This document shows, piece after piece, positions 8,601 to 17,655 of a stretch of DNA of 64,000 nt. A program made the translations under genes and the position numbers. This DNA is from Candidatus Omnitrophota bacterium. GTDB taxonomy: Bacteria; Omnitrophota; Gorgyraeia; B26-G9. Each line of letters opens with the position of its first letter. Positions within the stretch are counted from its first letter, which is position 1. The stretch covers positions 73,352-137,351 of the forward strand of contig JACQZH010000041.1 of NCBI GenBank assembly GCA_016213925.1. Reading direction: 5' to 3'. A model generated the notes under the pieces. That model did no database searches. It was not told the origin of the DNA and was given only the letters and a program-made list of their open reading frames with translations.

Positions 8601-9433
8601 TAGGTTGTTTTAAGGGCTGTGATGACCTTGCGAGGAATATCCGTATGCATGAAAAAATTCAATCGTTAACACGACCGGAATTTATTTTTTTGCGCATTGT
8701 GCTTATTTTAAAGAAAATGCTGCGTTTATATCGGACAAAAGCGCTTTCCAGCACGTTTAAAAAACGGTTACAAACAACTAAAAGGAAGCCTATACTTTCT
8801 TCCGGTAAACTTAGTATTGATTGCTGTGAAGACGGGATTAAACTTTACTGGGATGGTAAAGAGTTGACAGAAAGCGTGGGATTAAATACTTCAGTGTGCG
8901 TATATGGTTTATGGTATGACTCTTCAAGAGCTGAATGGGAAATAATGGGAAATTCTCATGCAAGATGCGTAATCCGTAATACTTGGAAAAATATTCCGGT
9001 TTCACAGCTATGGACGATTACAACGGATAATGATAATCTTATAAAATGGGATGTAAAGATGATTGTAGATACAAGAATTGATATAGAAGAAAGTAAAGCA
9101 AGCATAATCCTCAATTCCCGATATAAAAAGTGGATTGCCGGAGATGATCTTGGGTTCTTTCCCCGGGAAATGTCTTGGAATGAAGTTCAGATCCCCGGGA
9201 AAGCGGTTAAGAACATAGGAGTTCAATCAGTAAAAGATAAAGACTGGAAATTTCCTTCTGTGCAGATTATCTTTTTGGAAAAACAGGAAGGTGTTAAACC
9301 TCAATTGCAAAATGCCGGTAAAAAGATAAATGCGCGGTTATTGTCCGTACGCAAAGCTTCTGAAGATGGAGAAACAATATATCTGCCGGGAGAACATGAT
9401 ATCTTTTCACTGCAAATTAAAGTGATGGAATAA
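5669..9433 (+). CDS. giant multidomain fusion: (B12-)radical SAM + Trp-rich repeat + second radical SAM-SPASM + Trp-rich repeat
   Basis: First radical SAM: RGCPFGCSFC. Repeat: YYGERWFDSSRANWKLE...IPIRQSWTIL...KAGIMLQEQYTRW. Second radical SAM: CNNDCVGC, GGGEPF, then Cys-rich SPASM-like tail (NFCLKAH...CQEK...GCFKGCDD). C-terminal repeat: GLWYDSSRAEWEI...IPVSQLWTI...KASIILNSRYKKWI. The ORF-track start is TTG; the true start is uncertain. Confidence 0.7.
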   Translation: MLELVKALENNNPLGTVQGLIYRNKSDVVKNSPRTLIADLDQLPWPLREGLPVKRYNDAPGDIPIPCASMWASRGCPFGCSFCLWPQVMYGGNSYRVRSVKNVVDEMEYLIKELGFKSVYFDDDTWNIGSERIIAFCDELEQRKLNVPWAIMARAELMNEYLLERMRKAGLYAVKYGIESSSQKIVNDTGKRLNLEKAEEMIRYTKYLGIKTHLTFTFGLPGETQQTINETIEYACRLNPTSVQFSLATPFPGTRFYDEMEKKGYIVSKDLEKLDGNHSSVIRTQSLSARELQQAKKKAYITWNRHCRFKRQRLKFPQKTIKEKFDASLLEYGLFYTTMKILRYILRRLLIIPWKIRSFFNANLWIIEEIITAGNISIKFGEGQVRVYYNNIEISKGIGITASFYYGERWFDSSRANWKLEKDSEKSIRVKLTWDDIPIRQSWTILIGEEGKISWNSKLQVQTAVQLLEYKAGIMLQEQYTRWKDELGVGNFPKITQWEEIELYNANSRRLFVFKEAAESNSQMPEVELALKTANRPNIYPQIQNTDIKTNARIIQMRSLRIEQFVPGEYAYFDLEIFLHKKNLIAQNVSALKKRTPLGIIKAQIAQNGASTVLRKIIKNLHPVKLSDYYTDIVGVMDGSYAYKGPYCVQIDLTNDCNNDCVGCWCNSPLLKERKISKEIKQQALPLDVVKKTIDDLALMGTKEIYFAGGGEPFMHAHIMEILEYVKAKGLKCYINTNFTLVTENMVKRLVEIGVDHLVVSVWAGTAQTYKLTHPNKSEEMFYQIKGMLKLLNSLKDNVPQVNVYNIIFNRNFKELPQMVDFALEAGADSLEFTVIDTIPEATDTLILDEGQRLQVCGDCENIQKRLEGELKGKIKILQFEQFLRRVNNNAAQKAEYDDNILAEIPCYIGWIFARILADGNVNFCLKAHRIPVGNIYAHSFSQIWNNRKQQEFRIRALCQEKTDPFFSFIGNDPNVQVGCFKGCDDLARNIRMHEKIQSLTRPEFIFLRIVLILKKMLRLYRTKALSSTFKKRLQTTKRKPILSSGKLSIDCCEDGIKLYWDGKELTESVGLNTSVCVYGLWYDSSRAEWEIMGNSHARCVIRNTWKNIPVSQLWTITTDNDNLIKWDVKMIVDTRIDIEESKASIILNSRYKKWIAGDDLGFFPREMSWNEVQIPGKAVKNIGVQSVKDKDWKFPSVQIIFLEKQEGVKPQLQNAGKKINARLLSVRKASEDGETIYLPGEHDIFSLQIKVME

Positions 9434-9434
9434 A

Positions 9435-11084
9435 ATGCAAAAGATTATATTAGTTAACACTCCTCCATGGGGAACGGCAATGCCTCCATTAGGAGTGGCT
9501 TATTTAGCTACTTATTTAAAGTCAAAGGGAATAGATATTGATACTTTTGATTTGAACCTTGAATTATTTTTAAATTCCGGGGATAAGGAAAAAGTTTTTT
9601 GGGGGCTTGACGCAATAAATAAAATTCCGGTACAAACGATTGCAAATAATATATTTTCAAGTTTTATGCCGTATTTAGAAAAATTTTTTTCTTTTACGGC
9701 AAAATATGATCTTATCGGTTTTTCGGCAAATAATCTTATTAGCACGACTTTTGCCGGAATTCTGGCTGAACATATAAGAAAACGCTATCCTGAAAAAATA
9801 ATTATTCTTGGCGGGCCGGGATGTTTTCATAGTTGGGATAGGAGCGTAGTGCCACAGGGAAGCGTTGATTTTTTTGTTATAGGCGAAGGAGAAGAGACCT
9901 TGCATCAGCTTATTTGCGTTTTACGTTCCGGTATTGATAAAAATGGGGGTTCAGAACCTATTCCCGGAGTAATTGATAATAGAACAGGAAAAAAGCAGCG
10001 GTTTATTCCGCGAAGAGAGATTAGAGACATTAATAGTATCCCCCATCCGACATTTGAGGAATTTTCATTTACAAAGTACGAAAGTTTTCCTGGATATCAT
10101 CCTTTGCCTATGCTTATGAGCCGTGGCTGTATAAATGAGTGCAGTTTTTGTATTGACTGTTATATGAGTTCGCCGTTTCGTATGCGTGCTGCCGGCAATA
10201 TCGTTGAAGAAATAAAATATCATAAAAACCGTTATGGAATAACTCATGTGGAGTTTAATGACCTGCTTTGTAACGGCAACATATATCAATTGGAACAGTT
10301 TTGTGATTTGATGATCAGGGAATCTTTGGATATCCGCTGGATAAGTTATGCGGCAGTGCGCAAAAACATGAGTGAAGATTTACTTAAGAAGATGAGACAG
10401 GCTGGTTGTACTTCTTTATGCTACGGGCTTGAAAGCGGATCGGATAATGTGTTGAAAAAGATGAATAAACATTATGGCGCATCTGATGCGGCAGAACTGA
10501 TTAAAAAAACAGCAGCGGCGGGAATAGAAGTTAGAATTAATATTATAGTTGGTTTTCCCGGGGAAACTGAACGGGATTTTGCCCAGACACTTACTTTTAT
10601 CAGGGAAAATAAAGATTATATCAGGCAGGTGACCAATGTTTCTTCTTTTGTTTTAATGCCGTCAGCTCAGTTGGCAATTACTCCGCATCGTTATGGGATT
10701 AGTTATTTAGATTCGGATGATTTAGGCAAGTGGACAGACGATAACCGGCTAACGCAGGATGAACGCAATAACCGCGTAAAAAAAACATGCCGGTTACTAG
10801 CCGAATTGCAAATAGATAACCTTATTATTAATTTACAGGAACCTGTCTGCAAGGATGGTGATCGTGGCGTTTTGCACGCGGCAGGTGAAAAAAATAATAT
10901 TAGGGAAGAAACAAAAGAGAATATTTGCGCTAAAGCAGTGTTTAAGGAAAAAAAATACCGGCGGGAAAATAAACTTTTTAAATTTTTAGTATTAGCAGGC
11001 TTATTGCTTTTTAGTGTTATTGCTGACCTGTATTTATTCATCATAAAAAAAATTAGAGGGTCAATAATTTTTCCTGGAAGCTGA
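9435..11084 (+). CDS. B12-binding radical SAM protein with C-terminal TM helix
   Basis: N-terminal B12-binding-like domain (IILGGPGCF...FFVIGEGEETL); radical SAM SRGCINECSFC; C-terminal hydrophobic helix. Confidence 0.7.
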   Translation: MQKIILVNTPPWGTAMPPLGVAYLATYLKSKGIDIDTFDLNLELFLNSGDKEKVFWGLDAINKIPVQTIANNIFSSFMPYLEKFFSFTAKYDLIGFSANNLISTTFAGILAEHIRKRYPEKIIILGGPGCFHSWDRSVVPQGSVDFFVIGEGEETLHQLICVLRSGIDKNGGSEPIPGVIDNRTGKKQRFIPRREIRDINSIPHPTFEEFSFTKYESFPGYHPLPMLMSRGCINECSFCIDCYMSSPFRMRAAGNIVEEIKYHKNRYGITHVEFNDLLCNGNIYQLEQFCDLMIRESLDIRWISYAAVRKNMSEDLLKKMRQAGCTSLCYGLESGSDNVLKKMNKHYGASDAAELIKKTAAAGIEVRINIIVGFPGETERDFAQTLTFIRENKDYIRQVTNVSSFVLMPSAQLAITPHRYGISYLDSDDLGKWTDDNRLTQDERNNRVKKTCRLLAELQIDNLIINLQEPVCKDGDRGVLHAAGEKNNIREETKENICAKAVFKEKKYRRENKLFKFLVLAGLLLFSVIADLYLFIIKKIRGSIIFPGS

Positions 11085-11140
11085 AACAGCGTTTAGAGAT
11101 TAGCGGGCAGCGATTAGATAAAAACAAAAAGGATGTAAAA

Positions 11141-12316
11141 GTGAAGATATTGATGGTTCATCCGCATGATTTATTTTCTAAAAAAGAGCCGTGGACAACA
11201 CGTATAAGAAATATCGCGCTTGAGTTTAAGAAAAAAGGGCATGATGTTAAAGTTGTTTATTTTCCTTTGGAGTATAAGGGGTTCGAGAAAAGGTTCTTTT
11301 TGAATGATATTGAGTTTATCCCTTTGAGCCGCCGAGTTGGAATAATGCCGTTAGCGCAAAATATCCGTTTTCTTTTTAAAGAATCAAAATGGGCAGATGT
11401 AATCCATTTTCAAAAATGTTTTTACTATGCGGCGTTGCCGGCGCTTATTGGCGCGTTTTGCAGTGAAAAACCAGTGCATTACGACTGGGATGACTGGGAA
11501 ATAAAAATATTTCATTATAGCGCGAAGCAGCCATGGCTTATCGGGATTTTTTTAGCAGCATTGGAACGCTGGATTCCTTGCCTTTGTGATACGGTTTCTG
11601 TCTCCAGCATTCGTTTGAGGGAAGAATGTCTGCGTTATGGAATATCAGCCGAATCTATTGTCATGGCTCCGGTTGGTGCGGACCTTGATTTATTTAATCC
11701 GGCGGTTTCCGGAGTGCGTATCAGGGAAAGATTTAATATTAAAGGCCAGTTAGTAAGCTATCTTGGGCAATTGCATGGGGGCCAGTATGTGGAACAATTT
11801 ATTAGGGCTGCAAAAATAATACTTAATAAAATGCCCCAAACAATATTTATGATTATTGGCGGGGGATACCAGCTTGATGCTTTAAAGAAAATGGCGGATA
11901 GCTTGCAATTGAGTGAAAAATTAATATTTACTGATGCTGTTCCCCATAGGGAAACTGCTCAATATATCGCTGCTGCTGACGTAACAGTTGCTTGCTTTGA
12001 AGATAATGATATAACCCGTTGCAAGAGCCCGCTTAAGATTGCTGAATATCTTGCCAGCGGTAAACCGATTGTAGCTAGTGATGTCGGAGAGGTTAAACGG
12101 ATGCTTGCCGGCGCAGGGATTGTAACAGCTCCGGCAGACCCTGAAGATTTGGCTGCTGGAATTATAAAAATTCTGGAAGATGAGCCGTTAAGAAAAAAGA
12201 TTGCTTTGCATGCGCGAAAAAGAGCAGAGGACATTTATAATTGGAAGAATACTGCGGATAATCTGCTTTTCGCATATCAAAAGGTGTTTCAGTATAAAAA
12301 AGGTAAAGAGGAATAA
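11141..12316 (+). CDS. glycosyltransferase family 4 (GT-B)
   Basis: C-terminal EX7E-type motif KSPLKIAEYLASGKPIVASDVGE; GT4-like length and layout. GTG start per ORF track. Confidence 0.65.
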   Translation: MKILMVHPHDLFSKKEPWTTRIRNIALEFKKKGHDVKVVYFPLEYKGFEKRFFLNDIEFIPLSRRVGIMPLAQNIRFLFKESKWADVIHFQKCFYYAALPALIGAFCSEKPVHYDWDDWEIKIFHYSAKQPWLIGIFLAALERWIPCLCDTVSVSSIRLREECLRYGISAESIVMAPVGADLDLFNPAVSGVRIRERFNIKGQLVSYLGQLHGGQYVEQFIRAAKIILNKMPQTIFMIIGGGYQLDALKKMADSLQLSEKLIFTDAVPHRETAQYIAAADVTVACFEDNDITRCKSPLKIAEYLASGKPIVASDVGEVKRMLAGAGIVTAPADPEDLAAGIIKILEDEPLRKKIALHARKRAEDIYNWKNTADNLLFAYQKVFQYKKGKEE

Positions 12317-12350
12317 TCGGTTTTTTAGTTTAAAGAAAAAAAGGAGTAAA

Positions 12351-13301
12351 ATGATGAGTAGTTTATCAGTAATATTACCGGTTTATAATGAAGAAAAAAA
12401 CTTACCGATTATATTTCAAAAGTTAAAAGAGGTATTGGAGCAATTAGAAATCGATTGGGAAGTAATTTTTGTTAATGACGGCAGTAATGATGCCAGCGGA
12501 AAAGAATTGGAAAAAATCCTGCAGGATGATAATAAGGTGAAAGTGGTTAATTTAGCGAGAAATTACGGCCAGACGCAAGCGCTGGCTGCCGGTATAGATA
12601 ACGCGAAAGGAGAAATAATTGTTACTATTGATGCTGATTTGCAAAATGACCCTCAAGATATCCCGCGGCTGATTAAAAAACTTGATGAGGGTTATGACCT
12701 GGTAAGCGGTTGGCGCTTTGATCGTCAGGATGACCTTTTGTTAAAAAAAATCCCTTCTTTTATTGCCAATAGAATAAGCAGGGCTATTACCAAGATTGAT
12801 TTGCACGATTTAGGATGTTCTCTTAAGGCATACCGCAGGGAGGTTTTTGATAGTATAGAGTTTCATGGAGAAATACACCGGTTTTTACCTATTTGGGCGA
12901 TGATTAACGGAGCAAAGATATCAGAGATAAAAGTTAAACATTATAAGCGTAAATTTGGCAAATCAAAGTATGGTTTATCCCGGGTGGTTAATGTAGTATT
13001 GGATATGTTTGTGCTGATATTTATGTGGAAATTCATAAATAAGCCGATTTATGTTTTTGGCGGCGCTGGAATTGCCTTGTTGGGCGGTTCGGGCATGGTT
13101 GGAGGGTTTATAATTATCAGGAAGTTATTTTTCAATGGGGTATGGGTTAGCCCGCTTTTATTTATATTTGTTATTCTTAGCACAATGGGAATTCAGTTTA
13201 TTCTTATGGGGATTTTGGCTGACCTTATTATCAGGCTTTACTATGGGGCTAAGGCAAAAAAAAGATACTGTATTAAAACAGTTTTGAAAAAAAAAGATTA
13301 G
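12351..13301 (+). CDS. GT2 polyprenyl-phosphate sugar synthase (GtrB/ArnC/Dpm1-like) with C-terminal TM helices
   Basis: VILPVYNEE, VNDGSND, TIDADLQNDP (DxD) and two C-terminal hydrophobic helices. Start moved to ATG 12351, which is preceded by AAGGAG. Confidence 0.7.
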   Translation: MMSSLSVILPVYNEEKNLPIIFQKLKEVLEQLEIDWEVIFVNDGSNDASGKELEKILQDDNKVKVVNLARNYGQTQALAAGIDNAKGEIIVTIDADLQNDPQDIPRLIKKLDEGYDLVSGWRFDRQDDLLLKKIPSFIANRISRAITKIDLHDLGCSLKAYRREVFDSIEFHGEIHRFLPIWAMINGAKISEIKVKHYKRKFGKSKYGLSRVVNVVLDMFVLIFMWKFINKPIYVFGGAGIALLGGSGMVGGFIIIRKLFFNGVWVSPLLFIFVILSTMGIQFILMGILADLIIRLYYGAKAKKRYCIKTVLKKKD

Positions 13302-13493
13302 AATTGAATATTAATTAAATGTTAATAAATGATAAAAGTGCTATTGAATTATCGCAGTAATCGGTAAGTGTGATTATTTTAAGCAATTTTAATCTGTCTG
13401 TGCCGAAGTTTCAGCGGACGAGTTTTTCTGAATTGCCTATAGGCTTGTGGTGGAAAAAGTTCTACTATTCGAATTATTTGATTGAGGGTTGAA

Positions 13494-15182
13494 ATGAATA
13501 TATTAGGGATTTGCGACAGTCAGGATGCAGGCGCAGTATTGTTTGATACTGTTAATAATAGTTTTACTGCAGTGAACGAAGAAAGGCTTTGCCGGATAAA
13601 ACTTAAAGGCGGATTTCCTAAAGAATCAATTAGGGAAGTTCTTAAGTTAAAGAATCTAGAGGCCTCTGATATCGACGTAGTTGCGATAGCTTCTTATATG
13701 ACGCCGTCTTGTGTTTTTAGAGCAATTCCGGAAATTCATGAGAATCTTAGAAAAGGGAGAAAACAGTTTAGTCTCTTATTATCAATATATATCTTATACC
13801 AAGTTTTTGCGCACAAGACGAAAATTGCCGAATATTTGGAATCCTGGTTGTCAAAAATTATCATCAGATGGAAATTGAAAAAGATCGGGATAAAATCAAA
13901 GGTTGTTATTATCGAGCATCATAGCGCGCATGCGTATGCCGCGTATGCTACTTCAGGAACAAATAAAGCTCTAATTTTCACAATTGACGGGTTAGGTGAT
14001 GGGGTAGCTTTCACGGTTAATATCGGCGAAGGCGGAAAAGTTAAACGAATATATGAGCAGAGCGCTTTTTGTGGTATTACATTATATTATTCCAGATTAA
14101 CAGAATTTTTGGGATTCTTGCCTATTCAGGATGAGGGGAAAGTGATGGGTTTGGCTGGTTACAGCAGCGAATATCCTGTTTTAGCGCAAGCACGAAAGCT
14201 GCTTGGAATTACGGCAAAAGGGTTTAAATATAGAAATATATTTTTTAATTTTTCAAAGGATAAGAAGGTTTTTAACGGGCTTAAGAACAGGAAGAAAGAA
14301 GAAATCGCTGCTTCGTTCCAATTTTATCTTGAGCAGAAATTAGGCGAGATAGTGCGATATTGGGCGAGAAAGACGCAAATTTATGATGTAGTGCTTGGCG
14401 GCGGATTTTTCGCGAATATTAAAGTAAATCAAAAAATAGCTGAATTAGAAGAGGTTAAGAGTGTGTATGTGTATCCGCATATGGGAGACGGAGGGCTGGC
14501 GTTAGGTGCTGCGTGCGCTTTAAAAAAAATAAAGCCGTTTTTTTTAAAAAGTATTTTTTGGGGCCCGTCTTTTACAAATGAATATATCGGCAGTCTTTTG
14601 AAAAAATCCGCTTTTAAATACGAGTTTATAGAAGATATCGAAGCTCATACTGCTCTACTTTTGAGCAGAGGCTATATTGTTGGACGTTTATGCGGGGCTA
14701 TGGAGTATGGCCCCCGTGCTTTGGGGAACCGTTCGATTCTTTGTCAGGCGACAAATACTAAAATTCATGGATTACTTAATAATAAGCTTAAAAGAGATAC
14801 ATTCATGCCGTTTGCTCCGGCAATATTAGCTGAATTCGCACCGCTTTGCTGCGAAGGCGCAGAGAAAGCGGAATATTCTGCGAAGTTTATGAATATGAGC
14901 TTTAAATGCACGGAGTATTTTAAAAAAATTTGCCCCGCGGCTATTCATGTAGATGGGACAACTCGGCCGCAGTTTGTTTGTGAGGATAGCGGCAGTTTTT
15001 ACAAAATTCTTAGCGAATATAAAAAAATAACCGGCATTCCGGCATTAATTAATACTAGTTTTAATATCCATGAAGAACCGATTGTTTGCCGGCCTGAAGA
15101 GGCAATAAAAACATTTATCGAAGGTAATTTGGATTATCTGGTGTTAGAAAATTTTTTAATAAAAGGAGGAAATAATGAATAA
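13494..15182 (+). CDS. carbamoyltransferase (NodU/CmcH family)
   Basis: N-terminus MNILGICDSQDAGAVLFD...NEERLCRIK, HHSAHAYAAY and overall length are typical of O-carbamoyltransferases. ATG 13494 follows a GAGGG RBS. Confidence 0.65.
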   Translation: MNILGICDSQDAGAVLFDTVNNSFTAVNEERLCRIKLKGGFPKESIREVLKLKNLEASDIDVVAIASYMTPSCVFRAIPEIHENLRKGRKQFSLLLSIYILYQVFAHKTKIAEYLESWLSKIIIRWKLKKIGIKSKVVIIEHHSAHAYAAYATSGTNKALIFTIDGLGDGVAFTVNIGEGGKVKRIYEQSAFCGITLYYSRLTEFLGFLPIQDEGKVMGLAGYSSEYPVLAQARKLLGITAKGFKYRNIFFNFSKDKKVFNGLKNRKKEEIAASFQFYLEQKLGEIVRYWARKTQIYDVVLGGGFFANIKVNQKIAELEEVKSVYVYPHMGDGGLALGAACALKKIKPFFLKSIFWGPSFTNEYIGSLLKKSAFKYEFIEDIEAHTALLLSRGYIVGRLCGAMEYGPRALGNRSILCQATNTKIHGLLNNKLKRDTFMPFAPAILAEFAPLCCEGAEKAEYSAKFMNMSFKCTEYFKKICPAAIHVDGTTRPQFVCEDSGSFYKILSEYKKITGIPALINTSFNIHEEPIVCRPEEAIKTFIEGNLDYLVLENFLIKGGNNE

Positions 15183-15957
15183 AGAGCAAAAGCAAAGAAA
15201 ACGTAATTTTTTAGAATGGCTTTTTGAAGAGGTGGATGAAGATGAAAAAGATTCGGATAAAGAAGGTGAATATGAAATAGAGATATCTCTAGGGCAGATT
15301 ATCGCAATAATTGTTATTACTTTGCTCTTTGTTTTCTGGATTATTTTTAGTTACACGAAGAATCCTGGAGTTGGATGGGGAAAGATTTCATTTAGCCCTC
15401 AAGGGTATATAGAGCAAAAGATTGAAAAAAATTATTTTCAAGATGAGACGTGTTTAATAAACAGCAATTTTAGCGATGGATTAAAACACTGGGCTACTTC
15501 GGACGGAGGCAGTGTGTTTCCTGACTCAAAGAGTAAGGCAATTCTTGAGAAAAAAGATTTTTATTCTGCTCCATACGCTTTGAAGATTAAAACTATTGCT
15601 CCTGCTAACCGGTATTTTTATATAAAAAAAGATAAATCAGATGTTATAAATAATCCTTATAACTATCTAGAAACTGACCATTGGCTGGGAATTCTGCCTG
15701 GGGTAAAAGTAAGGGGAAGTTTCTGGTATAAGGGAGATATCGTGATGCTTGCGCTAGAAGGACTAACTCATGACGGAAATTGGCAACAAATAAAGGCATT
15801 TACAGGCCCAAAAACAGATGTTTGGAGTAAATTGGAAATTAAAACAGAGATACCTGAAATATGCAGAGCTGTGGCATTGAGTATAACGATAAACCAAGCA
15901 AAGGACATGCCGCTGCCTGAAGTTTTGATAGATGATGTAGAGCTATTTATTGAATGA
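15175..15957 (+). CDS. hypothetical membrane-anchored protein (acidic N-terminus, one TM helix, extracytoplasmic beta-rich domain)
   Basis: AAAGGAGG RBS upstream. Single TM helix (IIAIIVITLLFVFWIIF). I recognise no family. Confidence 0.4.
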   Translation: MNKEQKQRKRNFLEWLFEEVDEDEKDSDKEGEYEIEISLGQIIAIIVITLLFVFWIIFSYTKNPGVGWGKISFSPQGYIEQKIEKNYFQDETCLINSNFSDGLKHWATSDGGSVFPDSKSKAILEKKDFYSAPYALKIKTIAPANRYFYIKKDKSDVINNPYNYLETDHWLGILPGVKVRGSFWYKGDIVMLALEGLTHDGNWQQIKAFTGPKTDVWSKLEIKTEIPEICRAVALSITINQAKDMPLPEVLIDDVELFIE

Positions 15958-15975
15958 AAAAGGTAAATAAGCATA

Positions 15976-17655
15976 ATGAAGTTAATAAGTAAAAAAAATA
16001 TTTTATTTTGGCTTTTATTTCTTTTGATATGTTTTCATTTTTTTAACAATATTGCTTGGCTGATCAAGGATCCTTTAGCGACAGGAAAAGACAGTTACGC
16101 GCATTTGACATCTTTTTTGAATTTTAAGCAGATTATCAGTGACGGGAAAACACACCCTTTTTATGACCAAAATAAAAGTTTGTTTTATAACCTGGTTTTT
16201 GGCGTGATTGATTATCCGCCGTTTTTTAATTTTTTTGTTTTTTTGCTGGATTTTCTTTTTGGGCATTTTTACGCAAATGCCGCAATATTTACTTCAACAC
16301 TTGCGTTTTTGATGCTGATTTTTTTGGTTTATAAAATCGGCGAAGTTATTGAGCCAAAAACGGGATTGCTGGCAGCGTTTATCTGTTCTTTTTATCCGAT
16401 GATGTATTATATTTCCCGGCATTTTAATATTGAAATGACTTTGGCTGCGGTAGTTTGTGCGGCAGTTTTATGCTTATTAAAAACTGAATTTTTTGAAAAA
16501 CGCGGTTTTTCAATAGGCTTAGGCGTGATGTTTGGAATAGGCATGCTTACAAAAGAAACATTTATTGTTTATTTGGTCGGGCCATTATGCGTTACTATAT
16601 ACTTTTCTTTTAATAAAGCAGAGCGTTTATTTTGGAAAAAAAGGAGTGTTAATTTATTGCTGGCTTTTTTATGCGCTTTTTTTATCAGCCTGATTTTTTA
16701 TTACAATAAAGGAGTATATGCTAATTTATTTAACAGGTCGCAATTCATAGGCGCAGTGAATAATAGCAATGTTTTTAGTTTTGAACAATTAATTTATTAT
16801 CCAAGTTCATTTAGATTTACTGTAGGAGTATTCTTATCCTGTGTTTTTTGTTATGCTTTAATATTTTTGTCTAAAATTGATAGGTATATTAGAGGTTGTT
16901 TATTATCCTGGATAATTTTTCCGATATTGTTTTTGTCTTTATTTGTCCTTAAATATGCAGAATATATGATTGCTCTTTTGCCAGCGTTAGCTTTGGTAAC
17001 GGCTTTCGGATTGCTGAAATTAAAGAATAAAAAAAATCGCGCTTTAGCAATAATCGGGATGATTATAATAAGCTTTTTGAATTATTATAATTACGGGCGT
17101 CCGAGGTTTTTTTATGATGTGCGCCATTGCGACGAATATAGCTTATACTCATTTGATGGAAAAAAAGACAAAAGTAAATTTGATTCTAACTTATTTGTGA
17201 TTATTGAAAGCCTGGGCAGGCAGGCTGGGACTGTAGGAGTTTTTTACAACCATAGGAATCAATCTTTTAATCATTTTTTTCTGAAAAGGTTATTTGCTTA
17301 TAGCGATAAGAAGGCAAAATTGGTTGATGCATTGCCTTATCCGGTTATTTTCTTTAAGAATCTTGATGTATTTGATAAGTTAATTTTTGTTTCTGATAGC
17401 GAAAAACCATGGTTGGATGAGCAAGGCATTTTAGAATATAAGCAGCAGGTCAATCGTTGTAATTACACAAAATTTAAGATAATAAGCGCAAAGCCAGGGA
17501 AATTGCCTTATGGCGATATTAATACCAGTTGTATTCCGGAAAAATTAGTCAAAAAATTATTTGATTTAAAAGAAAAATATCAATTAGAGCATGTTCTTGA
17601 ATTTCTTGATTTAGGAAAAAGCTGGTATGCTTATTTTTACCGGAGGATTTATTGA
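15976..17655 (+). CDS. polytopic membrane protein, putative GT-C glycosyltransferase (PMT_2/ArnT-like)
   Basis: More than 10 predicted TM helices. The first loop has ...KDSYAHL...HPFYDQNKSLFYNL, resembling GT39/GT83 loop motifs. Weak assignment. Confidence 0.4.
   Translation: MKLISKKNILFWLLFLLICFHFFNNIAWLIKDPLATGKDSYAHLTSFLNFKQIISDGKTHPFYDQNKSLFYNLVFGVIDYPPFFNFFVFLLDFLFGHFYANAAIFTSTLAFLMLIFLVYKIGEVIEPKTGLLAAFICSFYPMMYYISRHFNIEMTLAAVVCAAVLCLLKTEFFEKRGFSIGLGVMFGIGMLTKETFIVYLVGPLCVTIYFSFNKAERLFWKKRSVNLLLAFLCAFFISLIFYYNKGVYANLFNRSQFIGAVNNSNVFSFEQLIYYPSSFRFTVGVFLSCVFCYALIFLSKIDRYIRGCLLSWIIFPILFLSLFVLKYAEYMIALLPALALVTAFGLLKLKNKKNRALAIIGMIIISFLNYYNYGRPRFFYDVRHCDEYSLYSFDGKKDKSKFDSNLFVIIESLGRQAGTVGVFYNHRNQSFNHFFLKRLFAYSDKKAKLVDALPYPVIFFKNLDVFDKLIFVSDSEKPWLDEQGILEYKQQVNRCNYTKFKIISAKPGKLPYGDINTSCIPEKLVKKLFDLKEKYQLEHVLEFLDLGKSWYAYFYRRIY

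Noticed and set aside
13302-13493. Possible rho-independent terminator or promoter in the gap after the GtrB-like gene
   Set aside because: Only a 6-bp stem (TTTCAG/CTGAAA) with a 13-nt loop and no U-run was found. There is no convincing -35/-10 pair. Not reported as a feature.
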